A stretch of 64,000 nt of DNA, taken from NCBI GenBank assembly GCA_964016885.1, contig OZ024742.1, positions 364,994,001 through 365,058,000 on the forward strand, in the 5' to 3' direction. Positions 23,152 through 35,077 of the stretch are shown here, piece by piece; position 1 is the first letter of the stretch; the number at the start of each line of letters is the position of its first letter. This stretch comes from Eledone cirrhosa. Lineage: Eukaryota. The translations under genes were made by a program, and so were the position numbers. The notes beneath the pieces are model-generated. The model saw only the letters and a list, made by a program, of their open reading frames with translations, had not been told where the DNA came from and searched no databases.

Positions 23152-23930
23152 AGTTTGTATGTATGTATACGTACATACATATATGTATACAACGTACAGT
23201 AGTATATATATACACACATGCACACATATATATATGCACGTATCGGTTTACCGAACATTTATTATAATGCTCGGTTTGTTTGTAAACAAACAAACAGCCC
23301 GAATTACCTCGTACAGTGTTTAGGCAACCACGTCACCTTTTTGTTCAACACTGACACAGGAACGATTTACAAGTTTCAAGCTTATTAGCTATTGTCAGCA
23401 TCATATACCTTACTGTCAGATGGTTGAACGTCTGGAAGTATATACTTTCCTTATGCATATTAACGGCTGAGCAGCCTAATTTGCATATCGAATGAGTTCA
23501 GTCGGCCGGGCACACCGAAAACGATAAATGGAATAGAATGAAACGAAATTTCATTTATCACTCTAAGTACGGCACTTACTTAAATGTAAGTATGTATGTA
23601 TGTATACGTACATACACATATGTATACAGACGTACAGTAGTATGTATATATATACACACGTGCACACATATATATATATGCACGTATCGGTTTACCGCAC
23701 ATTTATTATAATGCTCGGTTTGTTTGTAAAGAAACAAACAGCCCGAATTACGCCGTAGTGTTTAGGCAACCACGTCACCTTTTTGTTCAACACTGACACA
23801 GGAACGATGTACTAGTTTCAAGCTTATTAGCTATCGTCAGCATCGTATATCTTCCTGCTAGTTGGTTGAACGTCTGAAAGTATATACTTTCCTTAAGAGT
23901 GAGAAATGAAATTTCGTTTCATTCTATTCC

Positions 23931-23935
<5 letters not shown>
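23150..23935 (-). mobile_element. HHR tandem-repeat (retrozyme-like) locus 1
   Basis: About 1.7 units of ~440 bp; HHRs at 23362-23404 (degenerate) and 23804-23846 (intact); short inverted terminus at 23895-23935. Confidence 0.85.
23804..23846 (-). ncRNA. Minimal type I hammerhead ribozyme
   Basis: Reverse complement reads ACGATG-CTGACGA-T-AGCT AATA AGCT-T-GAAA-CTAG-TA-CATCGT; perfect 6-bp stem I; palindromic ACTAGT stem III. Confidence 0.9.
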
Positions 23936-23974
<39 letters not shown>

Positions 23975-24400
23975 TGTGGGAAAGGTTTGGTACAAATATC
24001 CTAGGGTAATAGCATTCAGTCCATAGGATGAGTTCAGCATAGTTAGTTACATCAGTGACATACACAGGTCCTTTGGCCTTCAACTCATTCAGCCTGTTAT
24101 AAAAACAAAGATTTTTGTATTTATTACACGGTCAATGAGTACCTGTGTATGTCACTGATGTAACTATCTATCTACTGAAAGGTGGGTGAATCAAGCGAAA
24201 ATGGCCCGAGTGATTGGACCTTCTCTTTAGCCTGTAAGTTAAAGAAGAGAGCACTTGCACCACATGCTCCTGAAGTTGAGGGTTGTTCTATCGACGGGGT
24301 ATTAAACAACCTATTTGTGTAGGATCAGTAATGACCGTGGGATAATTTTATTTTAAATTGGTTTATATCTTTGGTACATTTAACTTCGATTTCCTAACTT

Positions 24401-25013
24401 AATAGTCCCATTGTAAATAGTCCCATTGTAAATAGTCCCATTGTAAATAGTCCCATTGTAAATAGTCCCATTGTAAATAATCCTATTGTAAATAGTCCCA
24501 TTGTAAATAATCCCATTGTAAATAGTCCCATTGTAAAAAGTCCCATTGTAAATAATCCCATTGTAAATAGTCCCATTGTAAAAAGTCCCATTGTAAATAG
24601 TCCCATTGTAAATAGTCCCATTGTAAATAGTCCCATTGTAAATAGTCCCATTGTAAATAGTCCCATTGTAAAAAGTCCCATTGTAAATAGTCCCATTGTA
24701 AATAGTCCCATTGTAAATAGTCCCATTGTAAATAATCCCATTGTAAATAGTCCCATTGTAAATAATCCCATTGTAAATAGTCCCATTGTAAAAAGTCCCA
24801 TTGTAAATAATCCCATTGTAAATAGTCCCATTGTAAAAAGTCCCATTGTAAATAGTCCCATTGTAAATAGTCCCATTGTAAATAGTCCCATTGTAAATAG
24901 TCCCATTGTAAATAGTCCCATTGTAAAAAGTCCCATTGTAAATAGTCCCATTGTAAATAGTCCCATTGTAAATAGTCCCATTGTAAATAGTCCCATTGTA
25001 AAAAGTCCCATTG
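24401..25013. repeat. 15-bp tandem repeat, ~41 copies
   Basis: AATAGTCCCATTGTA. Confidence 0.97.
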
Positions 25014-25254
25014 CCAACAAATGCACATTAGAATATCATAGGAGGAAAGTTGTTAGCATTAGTGTACTGAATCATGAATTTGCAGTAAGGGTAAAGAATG
25101 ACCATGGGATTTGCACCTAGAAAGTTCCTCTCCGAGACACAAGACCAGGCAAGGTTGTTTGTGGAAGACCAGCAGTTGCCCATACATACCAGACTCACAT
25201 CTCCCCGCCATCGATTTTGTTCAAGAGAAAGGCAAAGGACGAGACAGAGTGCCC

Positions 25255-25406
25255 CCAGTGATGTTGCAACTCATTTCTACAGCTGAGTGAACTGGAGCAG
25301 CGTGAAATAAAGTGTCTTGCTCAAGAACACAACACAAGGCTCGATCCGAGAATCAAACTCACTACCTCACGATTGTAAGTCTGCCACTCTAACCACTAAG
25401 CCATGC
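25255..25406 (-). mobile_element. tRNA-derived SINE (family 2)
   Basis: Reverse complement begins GCATGGCTTAGTGGTTAGAGTGGC and shares the core of 22782-22930. Confidence 0.7.
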
Positions 25407-25853
25407 AGTAATGTCTATATATCTATATAACACAGTCTCGGTGACCTAATGGCAAGGTGTGCTGTGAGTCTGCTGAGATCCTGGTCACCTATACGTAGAG
25501 GGTCTTACTAAACTCTTGTAGCATGAATAGCGGTGCTCCAGCATGGCCTCAGCCACTTGGATGGAACACATACTAGAGTAATATATATATATGTATATAT
25601 ATGTATATATATATATACACAGTTCAAGAGTAACCAATCTTAAAGAGAGAGATGGAGATAGGAGAGGAGATATGAGAGGAGAGATTGGTGAATTAGTAAG
25701 AAGCCAAAGCGTAAAGGCATGTTATCAATGTGCAATATGCAGTGGAAAGCAGCTAGCTGGCTGCGTTCATGCAGAGGTTAGGTGCACAGAGGTGGAAATA
25801 TTCATTAGTTAAGCAGAACAAGACCACAAATTCTAATTTATATTCCTTTTGAA

Positions 25854-25972
25854 GTTCCGATGAGCTGCTCTATCTTTACTGATGTTAATTATTTTCAACT
25901 GAACCAGATCAATAATTATATATAATCATTTGATCCAGAAATATTATATGGAGTAGCGAAACAATTGTAAAC
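25854..25972 (+). ncRNA. HHR-like motif with long stem II insert and U4>C core
   Basis: GTT-CCGATGA-GCTGCTC...GAGTAGC-GAAA-CAATTG-TA-AAC. Confidence 0.6.
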
Positions 25973-26093
25973 GGACATTATTATTATTAATATTATTATT
26001 ATTATTCTCTACATTCCTTACATCAAACTAAAATATGTTGACAATCTTTTAATAGTGTCCTCCTTGTGAAATTTGTAGTCTTGTTTTTCTTAA

Positions 26094-26224
<131 letters not shown>

Positions 26225-26297
26225 TTAGTAAGAATATTTTCGAAACAGCGAGTGGGTTTGAAATTATTAGAAATGTAAGCTATCGCCGTATTTGGAA

Positions 26298-26588
26298 TAA
26301 AGAAATTAAAGAAATTATTTAGCCTGATAGTGGGGTTAAGAACCCACGGAGAAATGGAAAAAGATGAATATTGACGTACATGGGAGTCGAATCCACATCT
26401 TTTGTTATCCGGACCACCGTGGTACCATTTACACCAACACATGATGTGTTGGTGTAAATGGTACCACAGTGGTCCGGATAACAAAAGATGTGGATTCGAC
26501 TCCCATGTACGTCAATATTCATCTTTTTCCATTTCTCCGTGGGTGGTTAACCCCACTATCAGGCTAAATAATTTCTTTAATTTCTTTA
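26298..26588. repeat. ~290-bp palindrome of head-to-head tRNA-like units
   Basis: Centre at 26443. Each arm has A-box-like TGGTGTAAATGG and B-box-like GGATTCGACTCCC. Confidence 0.85.
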
Positions 26589-26617
26589 GTCCATATATAT
26601 ATATATATATATATATA

Positions 26618-26765
26618 TCAGCATTTTCTTTTCCTTTTACCAATATATCATAACTCGTGTGTTACACCTCTATTCTTTTAAATATATATATATATATATA
26701 TTTAAAAGAATAGAGGTGTAACACACGAGTTATGATATATTGGTGAAAGGAAAAGAAAATGCTGA
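26618..26765. repeat. ~148-bp palindrome centred on (TA)n
   Basis: TCAGCATTTTC...TTTAAA(TA)nTTTAAA...GAAAATGCTGA. Confidence 0.9.
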
Positions 26766-27373
26766 CAAATTGTTCCCAGTGAAAAATAGTTTAATTAGGA
26801 ATAAGTAAAAATTAGTAATAAGTATTGGTTAGTATTCAGTTTTGGTTTTAAAATTTTACCGGTTGCGCAATTCGAATGCTTTTCAAAAATAATTTTGAGA
26901 TAGAGCACCCGTGATGTTTGCTCTAATCTGATTAGTTTTGGAAAATCTACCTGTTTTATGTGAAAAAAGTGGCTCCAGATGTATTAAAATAAGTTTCGCG
27001 CCAATTCGTGTTGCAAAAATTCTTGTGGTCAAAACAATTTTGATTGGTCGGTAGAGGTCATGTGAATGTTAAAAATTCATTTGGCGCCAAATGAAGGCTT
27101 GTCTCGGCTAATTGAGAAGTCACTGAAAAATAAGTCTTTTAAGACAAATATGTGTGTGTGTGAAGTAGTAGTAAAGAGGTTCATTGTTGTGATAATGGTC
27201 AGTAGGGATGTGTGTGTGAATTGCAGTTTGTTGACAGGTCAACAGTTCATTTTTTCCGTTTATCGTTTTCGGTGCACCCGGCCGATTAACCCACTCGATA
27301 TGCAAATTGGGCTACTCAGCCGTTAATATGCATAAGGTAAGTATATACGTTCAACAAGCTGGCAAGAAGATAT

Positions 27374-27416
27374 ACGTTGCTGACGATAGCTAATAAGCTT
27401 GAAACTAGTACAGTGT
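27374..27416 (+). ncRNA. Minimal type I hammerhead ribozyme
   Basis: ACGTTG-CTGACGA-TAGCTAATAAGCTT-GAAA-CTAG-TA-CAGTGT; stem I fully paired with G-U wobbles; predicted cleavage after 27410. Confidence 0.88.
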
Positions 27417-27793
27417 TCCTTTGTCAGTGTTGAACAAACGAGCAACGATGGTTGCTGGACACTACGGCTTAATACGGGATGTTTGTTTACAAACACACCG
27501 AGCATTATAATAAATGTTCGGTGAATCCATACGTACATATATATATGTGTGCATGTATGTATATATATATACATACTACTGTACGTCTGTATACATATAT
27601 GTATGTACGTGTACATACTTATATTTAAGTAACAGCCGTACTAAAAGTGGGAAATGAAATTTCGTTTCATTTTTTCCGTTTATCGCTTTCGGTGCACCCG
27701 GCCGATTAACCCACTCGATATGCAAATTGGGCTACTCAGCCGTTAATATGCATAAGGTAAGTTTATACGTTCAACAATCTGGCAGGAAGGTAT

Positions 27794-27836
27794 ACGTTGC
27801 TGACGATAGCTAATAAGCTTGAAACTAGTACAGTGT
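27794..27836 (+). ncRNA. Minimal type I hammerhead ribozyme
   Basis: Identical to 27374-27416; predicted cleavage after 27830. Confidence 0.88.
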
Positions 27837-28100
27837 TCCTTTGTCAGTGTTGAACAAACGAGCAACGATGGTTGCTGGACACTTCGGCTTAATACGGGAT
27901 GTTTGTTTACAAACACACCGAGCATTATAATGAATGTTTGGTGAATCCATACGTACATATATATATATATGTGTGCATGTATGTATATATATATATACAT
28001 ACTACTGTACGTCTGTATTCATATATGTATGTACGTGTACATAAATTTAAGTAACAACCGTACTAAGAGTGGGAAATGAAATTTCGTTTCATTTTTTTCC

Positions 28101-28152
<52 letters not shown>

Positions 28153-28163
28153 ATGTGTGTGTG

Positions 28164-28195
<32 letters not shown>

Positions 28196-28212
28196 CGTGT
28201 GTGTATACATAC

Positions 28213-29483
28213 ATAGCATAGATTTCCTAGACATTTATTTAGACCTTCGCACACACACCTACAGATTCCATAAGCTTAACGAAAAACTCAATTATATTCA
28301 AAAGGACTCATGCCACCCTCCCACTGTTTTTAGAAACTTCGTAAATAATATCAGTACTAGAATCTCAAACCTCTCCTCTTATAAGGCTATATTTGACAGG
28401 GCGGCACCCTAGTATAACACGGCGTTAGCTAACAGCGGATTCTCGCAACCTATCACTTACTCTCCCACTAACAACAACAGCAATAAGAAAAGAAAGCGTA
28501 ACAATAGACAAACTATCTGGTTCTATCCTCCCTTCTCACTCAACGTTAAAACCAATGTAGGCGAACATATCTAGCCCTCTTAGATAGACACTTTCACATA
28601 GGTCATAAATACCGCTCCATCTTTAACCGACACAATGTCAAGCTAGGGTACTCCTGCGCTAAGGACATGAAGGCCCACATCACCAACAGCCCTAAGAGCA
28701 ACACCCCACCAGGGTGCTCTTGCCGTAAGCCCGAAGCTTGTCCTCTTCAACAGCAATTCAACACACCCGCTGTAGTTTATGAAGCTGTGGTCACTTCCAA
28801 CCGACCAAACAGGAGGTCAAATCCTATGTGGGTATGGCAGAGGGTCGATTTAAGGAACACTTCCTGAACCACCAGTCGACCTTTAGGTACCCGGACAGAC
28901 GTTCATCCACAAAACTCGCGAGCCACGTATGGTCCCTCAAGGATTCAAGTATAGACTACTCCATTCAATGGAAAGCCATCACTTAGTCCAAGCCATACGC
29001 AAGGGGCAATCCGTCGTGTGGACTATGTATTGATGAACAAATAACTATTCTAAAGAGATTACGCAATAGTGATTGCCTAAACTCAAGCAATGAATTATTC
29101 ACACGTTGTCCACGCGTCTGGAAAAACCTCTTACATAACTACAATGCTACGGATTGAATTACAACATCCTAATTTTCTTTTCAACTAGAAACTTTCGGAC
29201 TTTCGCAGTTATCTCCCTTACACCACTCGCACGCAATTTAGTATTGCCTGTGTGAAGTGATCGTTTCTGCGCATGCGCGTTCGTACGGTTGTCCTTCATG
29301 TTCCGTATAACCATGTCCATTACGAGCTGAGGATCCGCTAAGGTGAAACTATTGTTCTCGGTATGGTGAACTAACTGTTCTCGGTATGGTGAACTAACTG
29401 TTGTGTAACCACTTCTACCTAATTCGTCCCATGGACTGAGTGCTCTACCACTACCGATATTACCATCCATTGTTCTACCACTA
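28213..29483 (+). mobile_element. 5'-truncated Penelope-like element (RT thumb, GIY-YIG, 3' pLTR), degraded
   Basis: IDFLDIYLDL..SCHPP..ISTRISNLSS; IWFYPPFSLNVKTNVG; CSCRKPEACPL..VVYEA..YVG; HHR at 29323. Confidence 0.85.
29323..29360 (+). ncRNA. Minimal type I hammerhead ribozyme in PLE 3' region
   Basis: CGAG-CTGAGGA-TCC GCTAA GGT-GAAA-CTATTG-TT-CTCG. Confidence 0.75.
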
Positions 29484-29598
29484 TATATATATAAATATAT
29501 ATATATATAATGGAAAAATTTGAACAGGAACAAAACAGAGAGGCAGTACAACGAATGTTTATTAATTTCACGCTCTGGAGAGTGGGGTGGTGGTGGGG

Positions 29599-29632
29599 AA
29601 CGACGTTTCGGGCATAAGCCCTTCCTCAGGTG
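29599..29632 (-). ncRNA. Minimal HHR motif
   Basis: Reverse complement reads AC-CTGAGGA-A-GGGC TTAT GCCC-GAAA-CG-TC-GT. Stem I is only 2 bp. An AATAAA follows downstream, then (TA)n. Confidence 0.6.
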
Positions 29633-29809
29633 AGAAGTGTGTGGGAACAGAGTTCAAAGGGTGTGTAGGGGAGTGGTGGAGAGACATATAGCGAAAGGAA
29701 ACGGTGCGAATGAAATTAAAAATAAAAATAAAAATAAAGCATGATCAAAATACAAGGAATGAAATAAAATTAAATATAAAAGCATGATCAAAATAAACTG
29801 AAATTAAAA

Positions 29810-31087
29810 AGGGGTAAAACAGGTGGTGGAAGGGTGTGGGGTGTGTAGGGGTGGTGGCGGGTGGAGTGGGGAGAGGGAGACGGGGTGTTCGAGCGGGGAG
29901 GGCTGAAGGTGGTGTGTGTGTGTAGGTGTACGTGTGTGTGTGTGTGTGTGTATGTGAAAGTAAGGGTTGGGGGAAGAACGAGGTTGCATGTTCAGGAAGA
30001 GGTGCGTGTGTGTGTGTGGGGGGGTTGTAGGTCGGAGTGTCTGTGCGTGTGTGGCTAGAGGGGGGGGGGGAGGAATCAGGAGGCTGAGGGTGTAAATATG
30101 TGGTGGAAAGCACGTGTGTGTGGGGTTTAAGCGTGTTGTGGGTGTAGGTGGCGTGTGGGAGAAGAAAATGTTTTTGGGTGTGTGTGTGGGTGAGTTATAT
30201 AGGTGATTCCGTAAGAGGATGGTTGAAATGTTGGTAAATTCCTATGATGTTTAGTGGATTCTGTGGTGGTCAAGTTCCACATACGAGTATTCCATGAAGA
30301 GATGGTCGGAAGAGGAGAGAAGTGGGGTGCGCGCGCAACAGGAAGTGGTCAACCGGTGGGAGTGCTGTGTGTGTGTTTGTGCTGGAACGTGGTCAGAGGG
30401 CATAGCAGCAGTCGGTAGAATGGTAAAGGGGCGAGGATGGGTAGGTGTGAAAGTTGGAGTGAGGAGGGTGTGTGTTTATATTAGTAGAGGTGTTAGTGGG
30501 ATGAGTGAGTGTGGAGCGAGGGTGTGGGTGGAGCGGTGAGAGAAGGGTGTGTGTAGTTCTATGGAGGGAGTGTCGTGTACTGGTGTGTGTGTAGTTTGAT
30601 GAAGGGGGTGTTAGTGGGTGTTAGTATACGGGAGGTGGGGAAGGGTTGAATGCAGGTGTGAGTGGGGGTTAGTGGTGGTAGGCTGTGTAGAGTTGGTGGT
30701 GTACGAGGGTGTGTGGGTACGTGTGCGTGGGGTTGGGGGTGTTAGTGATGTTAGTTGCGTGTGGGGTGGGTGGTGTAAGTGGGTGCGTGTGTTTGTGTGC
30801 TTGGGGTCAGGGGGTGTTAGTGAGGTTAGTTGCGGGGTGGTGGGATGGAGGTATGGGGGTGAGGGTTAGTGGTGGTAGTAGGGTGTGTGTTTAGTGTGAG
30901 CGCGTGTAAATATGTGCCGGTGGGTGTGTGCGTGTGATAAGGAGCGGGGAGGAGGAGAAGAAGGGAGGGATGTTAGTATGTTAGTTGGGGAAGGGTGGTC
31001 GGATGAGGGGTGAGGTGGAGGTGTTAGTATTGTTAGTTGTGGGGTGGGCGGTGAAAAGGATGGGTGTGTTAGTGGTGTTAGTGGGGG
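29810..31087. repeat. G/T-rich low-complexity region
   Basis: Strong strand asymmetry (GGGTG, GTTAGT and GTGT motifs). Confidence 0.7.
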
Positions 31088-31749
31088 ATATATATATATG
31101 AAAAGCGGGAGAAAAAGACGATTATTAGGAAGAAAAATATATTTTTTCCTTTTTTGGTTTTTTTGTCTCTTTTTTCTGGGTTAGAAAATGATTAAAACGA
31201 AATATTTTACTTTGTGTAAAGTGTTAAGGTATTAGTTGATTTATTTATTATTTAACAATGGCATTTATTTATTTATATATTTAATAATTGTCTATTACAG
31301 GTTTCAGCATTTTTATGCATTATCAAATGATAATAATTTGTATTGGTGTAGAATGGTGGTGTTGGACATGTTAAAGAAATGGTGCAGAAATAATAATGTT
31401 ATTTACAAACAAGGTTTATGCAGTGAAAAGAAAAAAGAAAAAAAGGAGCGTAATGTGGAGCATAATAAGTCAATGTGAAAGAAAAAATAATGTTATTTAC
31501 AGGCATAGTTCTTGAAGTAAGCAGATCAAAATGTGTTAATATGGCAAGAGTGCTTAGTTGATCCATGATGGAGGCAAATGGTGGACTGGGGTTTGATATG
31601 ATTTCCCTTTTTAGAGAGTTAATATGCAGGGTGAGGTAATTCATGCTGGATGATATTTAATTTATTTAAGAAAAAGGATTAGGTAGGGTGCAAGGGAGGT
31701 AACTCTTTAGAGAGACAGGTATTTGTAAATATTTGATTGTTCGTTCCAG

Positions 31750-31930
31750 TTTTAGTTTAGTCCGAAGTTTAGTGCATTAAATAGAGGTTGGAATTTGTTA
31801 ATGAAATACGTATCCTTATTTGTACGATGGATTGAAGTAGCGTTGTCTATGAATTTGTAAATGGGGTAAATTTTAAAGTTTGGATGTTGGTTGGCTGCAC
31901 AATTGGCGATATGTTCACTAAACGCAATCT
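31750..31930 (-). pseudogene. PLE GIY-YIG C-terminal fragment
   Basis: FSEHIANCAANQHPNFKIYPIYKF..FINKFQPLFN, homologous to the end of the element at 33500-33700. Confidence 0.65.
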
Positions 31931-32632
31931 TTATATATATATATATATATATATATGAAAAGTGTAATTTTCTACACAAAACGAAGGTTATAGAGAAAAT
32001 TGAGGTTGGTAATGGCACATGGAATATATAAGAGACAGAATACATTTTTGTGAAAAAACATATAATTTTATAAGGTAAGGAAATAATAAAGGGTATAAAA
32101 AATGACCGGTTTCGATGGGTCTGCAAAAGCCATCTTTTCAAATGTTGATTAATATTAAGAAAAATTAATAATACGAAGAGTTAAAATTTGAGATTTGAAA
32201 ATTCAAGTATAAAATTCATTGTGGGATTTCATAGTAGTTTTCATCTAGGTAGCAACAACAAGTTGACTGCTGTGTCCCTTTCTGGTAGTGAATGAGAAGT
32301 TATTTGGGGTGTGGGTTATTTTATAAAGGTCAGATTTAGCAATGGCCAACTGGCCAGCTGCTGGTCAGTGAGGGGGTGGAAGCAATATACATACATATAT
32401 CTTCCTGTGGTGGGTAGGAGAGTGGAGCGTGATAGAAAGGGATTTAGTGCACTTACGCCTATATATACACACGTACCTTCATCCACACATACATACATAT
32501 ACATCCACATATACATATACATATATGGAGGTTATAGTTCACTTGAAGCATTGTGTAATGAGGTATAAACGTTTGAATATGTGTAATGGCTTGGCTAGAG
32601 ATTTAAAGACGCTGGTTTGAGACCTTTACTTC

Positions 32633-32667
32633 CCTCCGAAGAAGAGATATTATCTCGAAAATTAAGG
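32633..32667 (+). ncRNA. HHR-like motif (U4>C)
   Basis: CCT-CCGAAGA-A-GAGAT ATT ATCTC-GAAA-AT-TA-AGG, lying inside a short inverted repeat (32565-32588 / 32765-32788). Confidence 0.45.
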
Positions 32668-32781
32668 ACATTTAAATAAATTCAAGGTGAAAGACGAATT
32701 CTCATCAATATCTTTCACTATTGCATTCTTTTTTCTATGTCCATACCTGCATTGTTTTGGCCTTATTACACATATTCAAAC

Positions 32782-32834
<53 letters not shown>

Positions 32835-33007
32835 CACACATACATACACACACACATACATATACATACACACACACACACACATATGTATACACATACA
32901 CACACACATATATATATATATACACACACACACATATATATACATACACACATACAAACATACACACACACATACACATATATATATACACATACACAGA
33001 CATATAT

Positions 33008-33046
<39 letters not shown>

Positions 33047-34930
33047 CATACGCATACATCCAGATACACACATACATACACACACACACACGCACACACA
33101 ATACATACATTCACATGCACACACATACACACACACACACACATATACACATACATACACCCACACACAGAGAAATGGCCTCCAAATATATATATATATA
33201 TACATACATGCACATATATTTTTTCCATAATATAAGAAGTTGGGACAGTGAAATTAAAATACAAGTCATTCTGATCACATTGAGTTCTTCATGTAGATTG
33301 GGCCCCGCAACCGACAGTGGTGAATTCTGTGTGCGCATATGTATATATAGATATATGTGTGTGCACGTGCAGGGTTTAACATGGATGTGTTGGTCACACA
33401 AAGGCATGGTCTGTCAACGAATAAACCTGATTCTACAGAATTGGTCTCTGGTCTTTAATAGTAGTGATTCCGTGCGTATGTGTGTTTATATTTTATGACA
33501 ATTCTATTGGGGTGATAACCCGTTTAGTTTTGGTTTAAATTTGTTGAGGAATAGATTTTCTTTGTTTATTCTTTGTTGCTGTGAACGAATCTGAGCACTT
33601 GTAGAAGGGGAAGATTTTAAAGTTGGGTAGTGTCATTCCTGCGCAGTTCGCAATATGGCTGCTCAAGGGGATTTTTCTTGTGTTAGCGTCCCGGATTTGT
33701 TAGCGGTGGATGGTCATTCTTTTGCGTAATGAGGTGCCCGTCTGTCCTATGTAGTTCTGTTTGCACCCACCGCAAGTTATTGCGTAAATCAAGTTCTCCG
33801 AGTTGCAGGTGAAATTGTTTTTTACTGTAAATGTTTGGCCATCTTTGAATGTAAATGTTTGTCCTTCAGTGAGGTAGAGGCACGTTCCACAGTTTGTTCT
33901 ACCACATTTGGTAACTGTAGGGTTGAGGATTGGTTTGGGTATATTTGGTCCAGTGAGAATGCGTTTAAGTGATTTGGGTTGTCTTTTACTTTTAAGGATC
34001 TTGTGTGTTTCAAGAATAGACTTCATTTTTACATCTTTAAGTAGGATGGGGAGGTTTTTGTGTAGGTGATCAAACATTTCGGTATTTCTGGGGTTGAAAG
34101 TGGATACATATGGCAGGGTGTTGAGTGTGGTTTTCTGTTTTGGATTGTTAAGTTGATGGGGATTTAGGTGTTTTGCCCTGTCTATTCCATTGTTGATTAT
34201 TTCAAGTGGAAAGGCTCTTAAGATAAGGGTGTCTTTTAGTTCCTTTAGTCTTTGCTCCCGTTTAGGTGGATCTGATACTATGGTACATATACGTTTGGCC
34301 AAATTGTAAGGAATGTTAAGTTTTGTATGTTTTGGGTGACTTGATGTGAAAAAGAGGTATTGCTTGGAATCTGTGGGTTTATAGAATATATCTGTATCTA
34401 ATTTCCCGTCTATTACAGAGATGAGAATATCCAAGAAGGCTAATTCCTTAGGATTGGATTCCATTGTGAATTGTATGTTATTATCTATGTTGTTTATCAT
34501 GTTTTTAAACGTAGTAAGTGAGTTCATGTCTTCTTGCCATAGGATAAAGCAGTCGTCTAGATATCTTTTCCAATTGGCTTTGAGGTGTGTGTGGAAAGAG
34601 TCTCCAAATAAGAGAAGGGATTGACTGTATATTTGTTGTTCATGGAATCCCATGACTAGGTTGGCATATGTGGGTGCTACTTTCGTGCCCATTGCCGTAC
34701 CTGATACTTGTCTGTATGTTGAACCATTGAATGTGAAGTAGTTATTTTGTAGGATAAAGCGGAGTCCGTCAGTGATAAAATCTGTGTTGATGCGTGTCGG
34801 TATTTCTGATGGGTGTGTGTTAAGCCAGTATTGGACTGCTGTTATTCCATAGTTGTGGTGTATGTTTGTGTAGAGGTTTATTACGTCAAATTTTAACTCT
34901 TCGTATTATTAATTTTTCTTAATATTAATC

Positions 34931-34978
34931 AACATTTGAAAAGATGGCTTTTGCAGACCCATCGAAACCGGTCATTTT
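34931..34978 (+). ncRNA. Hammerhead ribozyme with U3-A8 core (mirror copy at 32099-32146, minus strand)
   Basis: AACAT-TTGAAAA-GATGG..CCATC-GAAA-CCGG-TC-ATTTT. Confidence 0.75.
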
Positions 34979-35077
34979 TTATACCCTTTATTATTTCCTT
35001 ACCTTATAAAATGATATGTTTTTTCACAAAAAAGTATTCTGTCTCTTATATATTCCATGTGCCATTACCAACCTCAA

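Larger units (their letters stand above)
27246..28105 (+). mobile_element. HHR tandem-repeat (retrozyme-like) locus 2, two 420-bp units
   Basis: Identical HHRs at 27374-27416 and 27794-27836, exactly 420 nt apart. The locus ends in (TA)n. Confidence 0.9.

Noticed and set aside
24394-25028. MGLFT and QWDYL pentapeptide-repeat ORFs
   Set aside because: A 15-bp tandem repeat that is open by chance, with no unique coding flanks.
26324-26358. CTGATAG...GAAA in the palindrome arms
   Set aside because: The core order is wrong (AG instead of GA) and there is no stem III.
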